From: a phage
Reading direction: 5' to 3' (one strand)
Length of the DNA stretch: 50,126 nt
Sequence record: PZ445405.1
Shown: positions 26,089 through 35,493 of the stretch, one piece after another
How the letters are laid out: every line of letters begins with the position of its first letter
Position numbering within the stretch: position 1 is the first letter of the stretch
Translations under genes and position numbers: made by a program
The notes under the pieces: model-generated
Database searches by the model: none
Seen by the model: the letters and a program-made list of their open reading frames with translations, nothing else
What the model was told of the DNA's origin: nothing

Positions 26089-26739
26089 ATGCAAATTTCA
26101 GAATCATTTAAGTCAATTTTAAGCGCTCTTCACACTGCTAAGTCGATGTTTGCTAAAGCAGAGAGGTCACAGCAAAACACACACCTTAAGAACAGGTACG
26201 CTAAATTAGAAGATGTTTTAGCTGCTGTTGAGCCAGGACTTGATGAGTGCGGATTAGTTATGTTCCAAAGCGTAATTGACGATGAGTCAACTAACAGATT
26301 AAAGGTTGAGACAAAAATATTCCATGCCGAATCTGGAGAGTGGGTTAGCTTCTTAATGATCGTCCCAATCAGTAAGAATGATGCGCAGGGTTACGGCTCA
26401 GCTTTAACATACGCTCGACGTTACGGAATAACGGCAGCTTTAGGCCTTAGCCAGGCAGATGATGATGGTAATCTCGCAGCGAAAGGCGTTAAAGACTTTA
26501 AGCGTGAACTTGAGAAGTGCAATACTCTTGATGAACTACGTAACGTCTGGAAAGAAGCAAAGCAGTCACTTGACGCGGCAGGTTGGAAGGTTTTCGAACC
26601 TCACATTATCGAACGCAAGGCAGAGATTGAGGCAAACGCGATGACTGGCTTCAACCCAGCAACACCAAAGAAAGTCGCAGAAAAAAGTAGTCATGAAGAA
26701 AAGATTGAAGTAGAATCACAACAAATCGAAACATTCTAA
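26089..26739 (+). CDS. Erf-family single-strand annealing protein
   Basis: Motifs LKNRYAKLEDVL and GYGSALTYARRYGITAALGL characteristic of the ERF superfamily. Confidence 0.75.
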   Translation: MQISESFKSILSALHTAKSMFAKAERSQQNTHLKNRYAKLEDVLAAVEPGLDECGLVMFQSVIDDESTNRLKVETKIFHAESGEWVSFLMIVPISKNDAQGYGSALTYARRYGITAALGLSQADDDGNLAAKGVKDFKRELEKCNTLDELRNVWKEAKQSLDAAGWKVFEPHIIERKAEIEANAMTGFNPATPKKVAEKSSHEEKIEVESQQIETF

Positions 26740-26780
26740 TTTAAGAGGGGCTTCGGCCCCAGACAACAGAGGAATAAGGT

Positions 26781-27188
26781 ATGCACGTAATTACTGGTAA
26801 GATTAGTCGCGCTCCGTTCACTAAAGAAGGCGCTAACGCTAACGGTAACTGGAAAATGTTCGCAGTTGATTTGAGTGAGCGATACAAGGATAAAGATGGG
26901 AAAACTCAGTACACCAACTACCGCGCTGTGCTTTTCGCTAAAGAGTCGATGCTAGATTGGTACAATGAGGCATTTCAAGAGGGTAAAGTTGTTAGCATTA
27001 GCGCAGAAAGCCTGGCTGTTGATGTTCGGGATAAAGATGGCAAGACTTACGTTACTGTCAATATGAATAATCCTAGGCTTGAGTTTAGTCAGCGTGGCGA
27101 TTCACAACCACAGAAAAATAATAGACAGCAGCAACAGCAGCATCCTCAGCAACAGCAGCAACAGTTCAATGACGACATTCCATTCTGA
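26781..27188 (+). CDS. ssb: Single-stranded DNA-binding protein
   Basis: OB-fold-like N-terminal domain, Gln-rich linker and canonical acidic C-terminal tail DDIPF. Confidence 0.85.
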   Translation: MHVITGKISRAPFTKEGANANGNWKMFAVDLSERYKDKDGKTQYTNYRAVLFAKESMLDWYNEAFQEGKVVSISAESLAVDVRDKDGKTYVTVNMNNPRLEFSQRGDSQPQKNNRQQQQQHPQQQQQQFNDDIPF

Positions 27189-27191
27189 TAA

Positions 27192-27222
27192 TAAAAAACC
27201 CCGCTTCGGCGGGGTTAGTTTT
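27192..27222. terminator. Bidirectional terminator between SSB (+) and the tail fibre gene (-)
   Basis: ACCCCGC-ttcg-GCGGGGT flanked by A- and T-rich runs. Confidence 0.6.
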
Positions 27223-27228
27223 AGATGA

Positions 27229-29748
27229 TTACCCAGTTGCTCCAGTAACTATATTTTTCCATCCAGTCCCTGTCGCAAAAGCAATTAATCCAGTACCCGT
27301 ACCAAACGATGCATTATTGTTAGTGCATGATTGATTTCCGGTGCGCTGGAGATTTGCAGCATCTACAGTTAAACCAAATCCATAGGCACGATAGTTGAAG
27401 CCACTTTTTGCATTTGATGGGATGAGCGAGTTACCATAGTTTATTGCACCGTAGATATCAACAATCCCTGCTGCGGTCGTTTCAATTGGATTTCCCGAAG
27501 TGGAAATAAGCGTTACGTTACTTGCCGTTACCATTCCTCCAGAATAAAACAGGGCAAGTTTTCCACTGTTCGCACCTGTAACATTACTCAGTATCACTCT
27601 TGGTGATGAGGCGTCTGCATTGGCAGCGAATTGCCTGAACAGATGGCCGTTAGAATAAACCATATCAGAAATGTTTATATTTTTTAACGTTCCTCCACGA
27701 ATTTGGCAGAGTGTTGCCTCTGTTTTATGATCTACCGACCCTTTTATAGTTACGTTGTCAACAACACCTCTCGTAACCAGGCACAATGAACTGTACTGGT
27801 CACCACTTAACAAAGTATTTTTTGACTTGATATTAACGTTAAGGATTCTTGACTTATCATTTCCAGATCCTTCACCACATGCGAATCCAAACTTAGAATT
27901 TCTTGGCGCATCCATGTCTAAGTTATAGACTGTGACACCAACAGACCCCCTAACGTCAACAACAGGAGTTGATATATTAGTTAAGTTAGTGGATACGCCT
28001 TCCACTACCACTTGATCAGCAAACACCTCGCCCAGGCCACGGTCGTAAATTTCACACAGTGCATGGCCCGCTCCAGGAATAGCGGATATATCATCAAATA
28101 TTGCATATTTAACCGTTGTTTTTGTTAGGTTATGATCAGCCCAAATTCTTACCGGAGCATGTTGGCAGGTGCCATGTATTCCCCGTACAGATACATGCTT
28201 AAACTCAACACCATCGTTACCTGCAAGCTTTACAGCACACAGAGTTGTGTCATTAAATAACCCTTCAACATCGATAAATGTGAAATTTCCTCGAGTCCCT
28301 AAGTCATATGATGCGTAATCTCCACCGGTCATTGCGAATAAGTCGTCTCCGGTATGACCACGTAGATTCCTTACATACGCATGGTAGATGGGTGGTTGCA
28401 AGTGAAGACCATCAGAGTGATTGTCAAACTCAAGACCCTGAGCATCAAGGTAATCAATATTCGCTACAAGATAGGCATACTTGAACGCCCCACCAACTTT
28501 AAGTCCACCACCAAGTTTTAGCCTTTTAACACCAGCTATACAGATGGCATGGGTATTAAGCCCTCCTGGAGCAGTACCGGATTTGTTATAATTTATAATT
28601 CCACCACCACGAATTCCAAGATAATCAGATTTTTTAGTCAGGTCCGAAGGGTTTGATATGGTATCAAACCAATACTCACTAATAAATAAAGGCATGTTTG
28701 TGCCTTCTACGTTTCTAATCTCTGTTCCTGCGTGAATCAATACATCCATATTGTTTTTTAGCAGTAAAGAACCATTTACCAACACAACTCCTTTGCAGTC
28801 AAAAACAAATTGAGAAATGAAAGATTGTCCTCCTAGCGACGAAAATACCGAGTTAATCCTTGCAGTATTCTCTTCTGCCGTAGAAGATGGGGATACACCA
28901 TAATCAGACATAAAATAAGTTTGCCCAACGCGCACATCCAAAGGCATAGGAACCCCAGGGCCATTTGGATTTGTGTATGTGACTAGTGACGAACCAGATC
29001 CAGAAGCTAAGTTAGCTCTTAATGATGTATCACTAGCTCTAACCCATGCACCAGGACCAATACCACCAGATGATTCAGGAGTTGATCCAGCTGGAACAAC
29101 CTTAGGTAACGTTCCTGACCAAAGGAACTGTACGGCATAACCATCAATGAATTGAATTATCACTTGGTTTTTTGACTGAAGAGTTACTCCATCATCAAAG
29201 TTACCAACCAGGGCTCCGGATACTGATTCAGCGGCACTCTGAGCGACGATTGCAGAATTGCTTGCAGATGACGCGGAACTAGAAGCTGAATCCTTGTCTG
29301 CTGATACCTGAGATGCATCAGATGATACCTGAGAAGCAATAGTAACAATTTCTCCAAACTGTGTGTTAACTTGGTTTACATCAGTTGAGAATTTATCATG
29401 ATCAAAATCCTTGAAAACATCAACCGCCTCTGCAATCGCAGTTTCACGCGACTGATAGTGACGAAGTGTTTCCGCAACATCTTGAGCTAAACCCTGAACG
29501 GTAATTCCATCATGCGCAAGGATTGCGTAACCAGTACCAGCAGGAACGGTTTCAGAATTAGGGTTGTAAACATTAATCTGCGTATCGCTGATAATTTCTG
29601 AGATGGTGTAAATTTTTACTGGTTCAGTTTTGAAAACAATGGTAGCACCTACGCGAATCAGTGTAAGCGGTGCTTTCCATGTAGTTCCCACGCCGGTCAC
29701 CTCGCCATTTGCGGATAACGACGCCGTTCCTAAGTCATAAATTGCCAT
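27229..29748 (-). CDS. Side tail fibre / tailspike-like protein (839 aa)
   Basis: Large Gly/Ser/Asn/Thr-rich protein with Ser-rich linker (SSDASQVSADKDSASSSASSASNS); start at ATG 29748 with SD GGAG. Confidence 0.6.
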   Translation of the reverse strand: MAIYDLGTASLSANGEVTGVGTTWKAPLTLIRVGATIVFKTEPVKIYTISEIISDTQINVYNPNSETVPAGTGYAILAHDGITVQGLAQDVAETLRHYQSRETAIAEAVDVFKDFDHDKFSTDVNQVNTQFGEIVTIASQVSSDASQVSADKDSASSSASSASNSAIVAQSAAESVSGALVGNFDDGVTLQSKNQVIIQFIDGYAVQFLWSGTLPKVVPAGSTPESSGGIGPGAWVRASDTSLRANLASGSGSSLVTYTNPNGPGVPMPLDVRVGQTYFMSDYGVSPSSTAEENTARINSVFSSLGGQSFISQFVFDCKGVVLVNGSLLLKNNMDVLIHAGTEIRNVEGTNMPLFISEYWFDTISNPSDLTKKSDYLGIRGGGIINYNKSGTAPGGLNTHAICIAGVKRLKLGGGLKVGGAFKYAYLVANIDYLDAQGLEFDNHSDGLHLQPPIYHAYVRNLRGHTGDDLFAMTGGDYASYDLGTRGNFTFIDVEGLFNDTTLCAVKLAGNDGVEFKHVSVRGIHGTCQHAPVRIWADHNLTKTTVKYAIFDDISAIPGAGHALCEIYDRGLGEVFADQVVVEGVSTNLTNISTPVVDVRGSVGVTVYNLDMDAPRNSKFGFACGEGSGNDKSRILNVNIKSKNTLLSGDQYSSLCLVTRGVVDNVTIKGSVDHKTEATLCQIRGGTLKNINISDMVYSNGHLFRQFAANADASSPRVILSNVTGANSGKLALFYSGGMVTASNVTLISTSGNPIETTAAGIVDIYGAINYGNSLIPSNAKSGFNYRAYGFGLTVDAANLQRTGNQSCTNNNASFGTGTGLIAFATGTGWKNIVTGATG

Positions 29749-29771
29749 AATTTCAACTCCTATTTTTATTG

Positions 29772-29789
29772 ATAGCACGAATTGCTAAA
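29772..29789 (+). promoter_or_regulatory. Orphan palindromic box ATAGCACGAATTGCTAAA without downstream -10 or leader
   Basis: Perfect box lying between two minus-strand genes, 24 nt from the tail-fibre start codon. Confidence 0.4.
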
Positions 29790-29811
29790 GTGGATTGTAT
29801 CATCTTTAGGG

Positions 29812-29842
29812 CATAAAAAAACCTCCCGAAGGAGGTTAGTTT
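29812..29842. terminator. Bidirectional terminator overlapping the primase stop codon
   Basis: CCTCC-cgaa-GGAGG flanked by A7 and TTAGTTT. Confidence 0.55.
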
Positions 29843-30759
29843 AGTAGTTCGCTTGCCTTATAGATTCTCTTTCTTATTCCTGACTTGAAAAAATTATCAT
29901 CATTTGGCATTACCACATCAATATTGCGATCGTCAGCAACGGCGAGTAAATCAAGATCGTGGCGAGTACAAGCGATGCGTAACTTGTATTTTCTAAGCGC
30001 GTAAGCAACCATTTCCATGTTGTAGATGGAGTAGCAAACAAGCACGCAGCGGTTGCCAGTAGCAATGTGAACACGATAGCCGTCAATGAGATTATCGACC
30101 AGATAAGCGTAATCATCATCCTTAAAGGAACCAATAACAGAAACAGATTGGCGAGTATAATCTTTTGCAGCATAACTAACACCTCCATATTCATTGATAA
30201 ACATTACATTACACATTTCTTCTGATATGCCGTCACTATAAGCCATAAAGCACGGCACTGCGTGTATTAGTTCGCCTGATTTTGTTCTGCCAACATCAAA
30301 GCCAAACTCGCTATAGATTCCCTCGTATGTACTGAGCGGAGTTGATTCTACTCTTTCAGTCCTTTCCATTATCTCTAAGCATCTTTCGTGGTCAATCTGA
30401 GCGCCCATTTTGTAGATCTGGGTTCTTGATGCTTGCTTGTTTGCTTTAACTATAACCTCAATTGGTGTTAAGTTCAGCCAGTCACCAAGCAAATTTACTG
30501 AATCGGCGAAGGACGATCCAGTGCACTTCATGACCCATCCTATACCGGAGTCACTCCCGCATTTCGAACAAACTGCCGCGCCATTTCCTTTTTCACTGCC
30601 TATTTCGTCGGTAAATCTGAATCTGTCAGTGCCAAAGCAGTATGGGCATGGTCCGTGCTTCTTACTTAGGTGTCTATCATTCCAACCAAGTTCCTTTGCA
30701 TAAAATGATTTCCACAATCCGGCCATCTTAGGTATAACTTCATTCTTATCGTAATTCAT
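29836..30759 (-). CDS. DNA primase-like protein with zinc-ribbon
   Basis: Cys motifs CPYCFG..CSKCGSD in the N-terminal region; ATGA coupling with the upstream HNH gene; replication gene context. Confidence 0.5.
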   Translation of the reverse strand: MNYDKNEVIPKMAGLWKSFYAKELGWNDRHLSKKHGPCPYCFGTDRFRFTDEIGSEKGNGAAVCSKCGSDSGIGWVMKCTGSSFADSVNLLGDWLNLTPIEVIVKANKQASRTQIYKMGAQIDHERCLEIMERTERVESTPLSTYEGIYSEFGFDVGRTKSGELIHAVPCFMAYSDGISEEMCNVMFINEYGGVSYAAKDYTRQSVSVIGSFKDDDYAYLVDNLIDGYRVHIATGNRCVLVCYSIYNMEMVAYALRKYKLRIACTRHDLDLLAVADDRNIDVVMPNDDNFFKSGIRKRIYKASELLN

Positions 30760-31235
30760 TTGCTTAACCCGTGATTTTCGTGAAAGTTGTATTTTCTCTC
30801 TGCTTCAATTCTTACTTTATACGCCTGCTCTGGAGTATCGAAGTTCCCAAGGTGTAACTGCTTACCGTCAACCTTGATGTGAGCCTTAAATTTTCCGTGA
30901 TTTAGCTTTGCCACTCCACAATAACCAGTTGTTGATAAAACGCTAAGCCTGCAATTTCTTGAGTTACCTTGATTTGTTGTTACTCTTAGGTTTTCTATTC
31001 TGTTATCTAATTTGTTATGGTTTATATGATCAATGTAGTCGCCATTTTGAAGTTCTCCATTAAACATCTCCCACACAACTCTATGTACGTAAGTCCTAAA
31101 GCCATTAACAGACACTTTGTAATAGCCAGATGTAGATAGTGAGTTGCACTCATCGCCAACCTTAACACGTCTTGCAGTGCTAATCTTCCAATGCAATTTG
31201 CCATCTACATAGTAAAAATAATCATGCCAGTTCAT
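30756..31235 (-). CDS. HNH homing endonuclease (HNH + AP2-like), copy 2
   Basis: Motifs DHINHNKLDNRIENLRVTT and paralogy to the other two copies. Confidence 0.8.
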   Translation of the reverse strand: MNWHDYFYYVDGKLHWKISTARRVKVGDECNSLSTSGYYKVSVNGFRTYVHRVVWEMFNGELQNGDYIDHINHNKLDNRIENLRVTTNQGNSRNCRLSVLSTTGYCGVAKLNHGKFKAHIKVDGKQLHLGNFDTPEQAYKVRIEAERKYNFHENHGLSK

Positions 31236-31308
31236 TTTCTTCTCTCCAATAAAAAAGGATGTACCGATTATGGCACATCCAATCCTTTAATCTTTAGCTT
31301 TTCGTGCT
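31236..31308 (-). promoter_or_regulatory. Cassette variant upstream of HNH-2 (box AGCACGAAAAGCTAAAG, terminator hairpin, CATAAT, TTTTTTATTGGAGA RBS junction)
   Basis: Box overlaps the C-terminus and stop of the upstream gene; hairpin GGATGT..ACATCC. Confidence 0.45.
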
Positions 31309-31760
31309 GCTTCGTTAGCTGCCTTAATCTTGCGCCACGATCGACACTCTGGCTTGGTGGCCAGTTCAGCCTCAGTTACCACACGCAGCATGTGACGTTT
31401 TTTGCAGCGTAGAGTTAGTGGTTTTCCGTTACCGTCGAATTGCAGGTCTGGTCTACAGAATGTGGCGCGAAAACCTTCTCCGGTTCGTTTGTAGTAGTTG
31501 TGCGACAGTTGAGCGCCACGTGCAGAAATCATACCACGCTTAAACCACTCTTCTACAGCCTGCGGCGTTACCTTTAACTGCTTTGCGATATTCGCCTTTG
31601 TGCCGAAGAAATCAAGAATCATCTCTAACCTTGCGCGTAACCCAGCCCTTACCTCATCTTTCAAAACGTAGTAACCTGAAGGTCGCTTTCGCTGCTTTTT
31701 ATCTTCAGTGCGGATGGTTCCGTTATTGCCGTTAATGGTTCGCTTGTCAATTGTACTCAT
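31287..31760 (-). CDS. Putative HTH DNA-binding protein (157 aa)
   Basis: HTH-like segment ANIAKQLKVTPQAVEEWFKRGMIS; basic; first gene of an early minus-strand operon. Confidence 0.45.
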   Translation of the reverse strand: MSTIDKRTINGNNGTIRTEDKKQRKRPSGYYVLKDEVRAGLRARLEMILDFFGTKANIAKQLKVTPQAVEEWFKRGMISARGAQLSHNYYKRTGEGFRATFCRPDLQFDGNGKPLTLRCKKRHMLRVVTEAELATKPECRSWRKIKAANEAARKAKD

Positions 31761-31772
31761 TTCATTACCTCG

Positions 31773-31861
31773 ATAGCATTTTTTGTTAAAAGTCATTCTG
31801 ATTTGATGGTAGTATTGTACTCAATTAAACGCTACAAGACAATTTTTATAGGAATTTAGAT
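31773..31861 (+). promoter_or_regulatory. T-rich-centre cassette upstream of the helicase gene (ATAGCATTTTTTGTTAAAAG)
   Basis: Box-like sequence followed at about 21 bp by TAGTAT; ATG at 31862. Confidence 0.4.
31814..31842 (-). promoter_or_regulatory. Sigma70-like promoter on the minus strand (TTGTCT, 17 bp, TACAAT)
   Basis: Canonical 17-bp spacing, divergent from the helicase cassette; would drive the HTH, HNH-2, primase operon. Confidence 0.4.
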
Positions 31862-33856
31862 ATGTTGCCTATCGAGAAACTGGTTGCCAACTTTGATAAA
31901 GAAAGAATTAAACAGATTCAGAAAGACTATCAGTTTGGCGAGATAACCCCTTACGAGTTCCAGTGCGTCACATTTGATGCAATCGGAAAGGCCATTGGAA
32001 AGTACGAGGCACCATTTATCGCGGACCTTTCCGTGTCTGCTGGTAAGACAATCATTCTGGCTATGATTGGTAAGCGCATGGAGCAGCTTGGGCTTCCTTA
32101 TATGGTTCTCTCTCGCCAGTCAGAAATTATCAGTCAGAACTCAGAAGAGCTTCGTAATTTCGGTATCCGTAACAGCGTCTATTGCGCCGGCCTCAACGTT
32201 AAATCGGTTTACTACCCAACCATAGTTGCTAGCGAGGGTACGGCAGCTAACGGCTTGTTTAAGGGTCTTGGTGACTACGTTCCTGCTGTTATAGCTATTG
32301 ATGAGTGTCATATGGTGGACCATATGGATATCGTGGAAGCTGAAGAGAACGAAGAAACATTTGAGCAAATGAGCACAAAGAAAGGCGAGATGGTTTTCAA
32401 GGATGGTGTTAACACTGGATTGATAGGCACAGGGCGAGCGCAGTACACACTAATTATCACTGAGATGAAACGTCGCTGCCGCGAGAAGTACGGTCGTGAG
32501 CTTCGTATATTCGGTCTAACTGGCAGCCCGTATCGTAACAACGATCATATCGTCGTTAGCAACCCAAACATCCGTGGATTTTGGCGCAAGACGGTTATTC
32601 AGGTTCCAACCAATTACCTGGTTGATTTAGGTTTCGTTGTTCCCACAGTTTACGGTGAAGTTGGCGATCTGGGATATGACCTTGCGGAGTTTGCGCCGGA
32701 TGGCAGTGATGGCGTGAAAGACTTTAGCAAGAAAGAAATGGAAGCGATGCAGGAAAAAATTCATCAAAACCAGTCCATGACTCAAAAGATTATGGGTTTT
32801 GTTGTAAAAATACTAGAGACTCGTAACGCCGCATTGGTAACGTGTGCTGGTAAACTTCACTGCGAAGAAGCTGCTGCAGCGCTACCAGATGGATACCCTT
32901 ACGCCATCATCACAGACTCTACTGGTGAGAGGAAGCGCAGAGAGATTCTTGACGATTGCCAGACAGGGAAGTATAAAATAATATTCCAGATTGGTTGTCT
33001 AACTACGGGGGTGTCGGTTCCACCGTGGGATACAAGCGTTATACTTAGAAAGATCGGCAGCCTTACACTACTGATCCAGCTACTTGGTAGGGGTATGCGA
33101 ATACTCAAGAAGAAACATAAAGAACTTGGAATGGTTAAGGACGATCATTTGGTTCTTGATTTCGCTGGTGCGCTTGATGACATGGCGGAGCTTTACTTTG
33201 ACCCAATTATTGAAGAGATTCAGGCTGAGAAGTTTAAATCATCAAGAAAAGGTGGCGATGAGGTTCGCCAGTGTCCGCAATGTGGTTATGAGAACTCTCC
33301 GTTCGCTCGCAGGTGTGGTAACAAGATTGATGGAAAGCGTTGTGAGCACTTTTTCAGCTTTACGGTTTGTGAAGATATTACTGACCCGCAAACAAAGGCT
33401 GTTATAAAGAAAGGCTGCGGTACTCGCAATGACATAGCAGCAAAGGTTTGCAGGGAATGCGGAGAGATGCTTAAAGACCCAAATGCTAACCTGACTGGCA
33501 AGATGTATCGTCGTGGTGATTACCTTCGTGTTTATGATTTTCAAGTTGGGTTAAGTAAGAATCAGACAGGCATTGTAGTTAAGTACAACATCATGGCGCA
33601 TAACGGAGAGAGGTTTAATGCTTGGGAGTTCTTTAATCCAGAATCAGACCATAGAGTTTGCAGTGTGCTTTGGAAGAACTTCTGCCTTGCTCATATTGAG
33701 AATCGAACTGAGGCCGCGCGAATTGGAAGACTGAAGAATGCCAGAATGATTATGACTAACTTGGATAAGTTCCGTGCGCCAGTTCAGGTTACACACCGAA
33801 GGAATGGCAAAGGAAAGGACGTGATCGCTTTTAAGAATTTTGGAGAATTGCTATGA
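31862..33856 (+). CDS. ATP-dependent DNA helicase (SF2-like) with C-terminal zinc-ribbons
   Basis: Walker A-like SAGKT, DECH box (IAIDECHMVD), C-terminal CPQCGYEN..CGNK and CRECGEM Cys clusters. Confidence 0.7.
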   Translation: MLPIEKLVANFDKERIKQIQKDYQFGEITPYEFQCVTFDAIGKAIGKYEAPFIADLSVSAGKTIILAMIGKRMEQLGLPYMVLSRQSEIISQNSEELRNFGIRNSVYCAGLNVKSVYYPTIVASEGTAANGLFKGLGDYVPAVIAIDECHMVDHMDIVEAEENEETFEQMSTKKGEMVFKDGVNTGLIGTGRAQYTLIITEMKRRCREKYGRELRIFGLTGSPYRNNDHIVVSNPNIRGFWRKTVIQVPTNYLVDLGFVVPTVYGEVGDLGYDLAEFAPDGSDGVKDFSKKEMEAMQEKIHQNQSMTQKIMGFVVKILETRNAALVTCAGKLHCEEAAAALPDGYPYAIITDSTGERKRREILDDCQTGKYKIIFQIGCLTTGVSVPPWDTSVILRKIGSLTLLIQLLGRGMRILKKKHKELGMVKDDHLVLDFAGALDDMAELYFDPIIEEIQAEKFKSSRKGGDEVRQCPQCGYENSPFARRCGNKIDGKRCEHFFSFTVCEDITDPQTKAVIKKGCGTRNDIAAKVCRECGEMLKDPNANLTGKMYRRGDYLRVYDFQVGLSKNQTGIVVKYNIMAHNGERFNAWEFFNPESDHRVCSVLWKNFCLAHIENRTEAARIGRLKNARMIMTNLDKFRAPVQVTHRRNGKGKDVIAFKNFGELL

Positions 33857-34272
33857 ACATAACAGATAAAGAAGATTACATTGAGTTTTACCCGGGCCCG
33901 GTTAAGTATTGCCCTAAAGAGGATGACGAGCAAATCTTTTGCTCTGATTGGGTTAAGTATCATTACCCTCAGATTGTTTACTGGCACACGGTTAATGAAT
34001 CGATGAAGACCATTGGACAGGCAAGAAAAGACCAGGCCAAAGGTTTGCTTAAGGGGGTTTCGGACTGCTTATTCCTGATACCTGAATCACTTCGTGGTAA
34101 ATACCCTTTTGGAGCCATAGAGCTAAAAAGGGCCGGGAAGACGCAGGCGAGTCCAGTCAGCGACGAACAGAAGTCCTTCCTTAAGAGCGTCAGAGAATCG
34201 GGCGGCTTCGGGGCTGTAGCTTACGGACGTGAGGGTTTTCTTGCGGCATTCAAAGAAATGATTTCAAAATAG
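33853..34272 (+). CDS. VRR-NUC domain nuclease (putative)
   Basis: Motif GVSDCLFLIPESLRGKYPFGAIELKR (D..E.K core); ATGA coupling to the helicase gene. Confidence 0.55.
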   Translation: MNITDKEDYIEFYPGPVKYCPKEDDEQIFCSDWVKYHYPQIVYWHTVNESMKTIGQARKDQAKGLLKGVSDCLFLIPESLRGKYPFGAIELKRAGKTQASPVSDEQKSFLKSVRESGGFGAVAYGREGFLAAFKEMISK

Positions 34273-34350
34273 CACGAATTGCTAAAGACGTTTCGGTGAG
34301 TTGGTGTATTATCTATTCATCGAAACGAAACGCACAAAGAGAGAAACAAA
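34269..34350 (+). promoter_or_regulatory. Canonical promoter cassette (box 34269-34286, TATTAT 34307-34312, leader CATCGAAACGAAACG)
   Basis: Box contains the TAG stop of the upstream gene; 22-bp spacing. Confidence 0.55.
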
Positions 34351-34641
34351 ATGGCTACTATCTATACTGGTAAATTCTACGAATCACGCAAAACTGGTTA
34401 TGAGTATGAATTAGTAATAACCCCAGAAGGTTATGTACTTGATGATGGTGAAGGGTACGCATTCGAAGTTAGCCCGACTTACAAAGATGATTTAGAAACT
34501 GTTAAAAACGCATTTGGCGAAAAATTTGATGTTATTGATGATGGTGATGGCTACGCATTCGAAGTTAGCCCAACCTACAAAGATGATTTAGAAACTGTTA
34601 AAAACGCATTTGGCGAAAAAATTGATGAGGTATCAGAGTAA
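34351..34641 (+). CDS. Hypothetical acidic protein with internal 32-aa tandem duplication
   Basis: Two 96-bp direct repeats (34441-34536 and 34537-34632) encoding DDGEGYAFEVSPTYKDDLETVKNAFGEK twice. Confidence 0.5.
   Translation: MATIYTGKFYESRKTGYEYELVITPEGYVLDDGEGYAFEVSPTYKDDLETVKNAFGEKFDVIDDGDGYAFEVSPTYKDDLETVKNAFGEKIDEVSE
34441..34632 (+). repeat. Tandem 96-bp in-frame duplication (2 units, about 93% identical)
   Basis: Direct comparison of the two units shows only about 7 substitutions. Confidence 0.8.
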
Positions 34642-34862
34642 TGGCAATTTTTACACTTGAAAAACAATGGGAAGTTTTCCAGTCGATGGTGGATCAGGAG
34701 TTGCATAAAGCTGGGTATAAACATGAAGGCTGGGATATGGCTTGGTGCCTGGATATGAGCTTTGAAGAAGACTACCTGAATACTGATATCGAAACGTGGC
34801 GCGACCGCATGGTTGCAGACATTGAAGAAATGAAGAAAGATTGCCCGGAGGATTTCTTATGA
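34641..34862 (+). CDS. Hypothetical protein (73 aa)
   Basis: TAATG overlap with the upstream gene. Confidence 0.4.
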   Translation: MAIFTLEKQWEVFQSMVDQELHKAGYKHEGWDMAWCLDMSFEEDYLNTDIETWRDRMVADIEEMKKDCPEDFL

Positions 34863-35050
34863 TTGGAATCTGCGTAAAAACAAATGGACGCTTTACACTG
34901 CTCGAGGATTACGAAATCAACTTTGATTCAGGCGGCGCAATAACAGTAAAAGGAGAAGATGAATTACATTGGTTCCTTAGTTATCAAGGTGATGGCTACT
35001 ACGGTTGCACGGATTGCTACGGAAAAGAAGTTAGCTTCTTAGTAGAATAG
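34859..35050 (+). CDS. Hypothetical protein (63 aa)
   Basis: ATGA overlap with the upstream gene; SD GGAG. Confidence 0.35.
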   Translation: MIGICVKTNGRFTLLEDYEINFDSGGAITVKGEDELHWFLSYQGDGYYGCTDCYGKEVSFLVE

Positions 35051-35120
35051 CACTTTTTGTTAAAACTCAAATCCAGGGATGGATTATATTAAGCACATAA
35101 ACAACGAAGAGGGTTAAGAG
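35047..35120 (+). promoter_or_regulatory. T-rich-centre cassette (ATAGCACTTTTTGTTAAAAC, 22 bp, TATATT 35085-35090)
   Basis: Box overlaps the TAG stop of the upstream gene; leader with SD AAGAGGG. Confidence 0.5.
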
Positions 35121-35246
35121 ATGAAAATTGTAGACAAAGAGATGTTCGAGATCGCACAAGCATACGCAAATGACGCAGTTAAAACTGGTTCGGAATACTG
35201 CTGGATGTGCGCTAAAGAATACCTGAAAATGGCTTACGGGTTATGA
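35121..35246 (+). CDS. Hypothetical small protein (41 aa, CWMC motif)
   Basis: First ORF after the cassette; ATGA-coupled to the next ORF. Confidence 0.3.
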   Translation: MKIVDKEMFEIAQAYANDAVKTGSEYCWMCAKEYLKMAYGL

Positions 35247-35491
35247 TAGTTGAAACCGGTCGCGCCGCAGTTTGGGCGCACTGTGGAGAGGCTGGTTTGC
35301 AAGATGACATTAAGCAGATATCCCGCTTCTTTGACATAAAAGATATCAGTGTCGTGTTCAATGGTAAATTCTCTTACATGGATGAGCGCCCAAGAAAATA
35401 CGTAAGAGTTAAGCCAGGTGTCAGGATTGATGTTAATGAGTTCCTTAAATCTGAGGGATTCAAGTTTAAGATAACGAAGCCTAAGGATTGA
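35243..35491 (+). CDS. Hypothetical protein (82 aa)
   Basis: ORF from the six-frame track, coupled to flanking genes. Confidence 0.4.
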   Translation: MIVETGRAAVWAHCGEAGLQDDIKQISRFFDIKDISVVFNGKFSYMDERPRKYVRVKPGVRIDVNEFLKSEGFKFKITKPKD

Positions 35492-35493
35492 GT

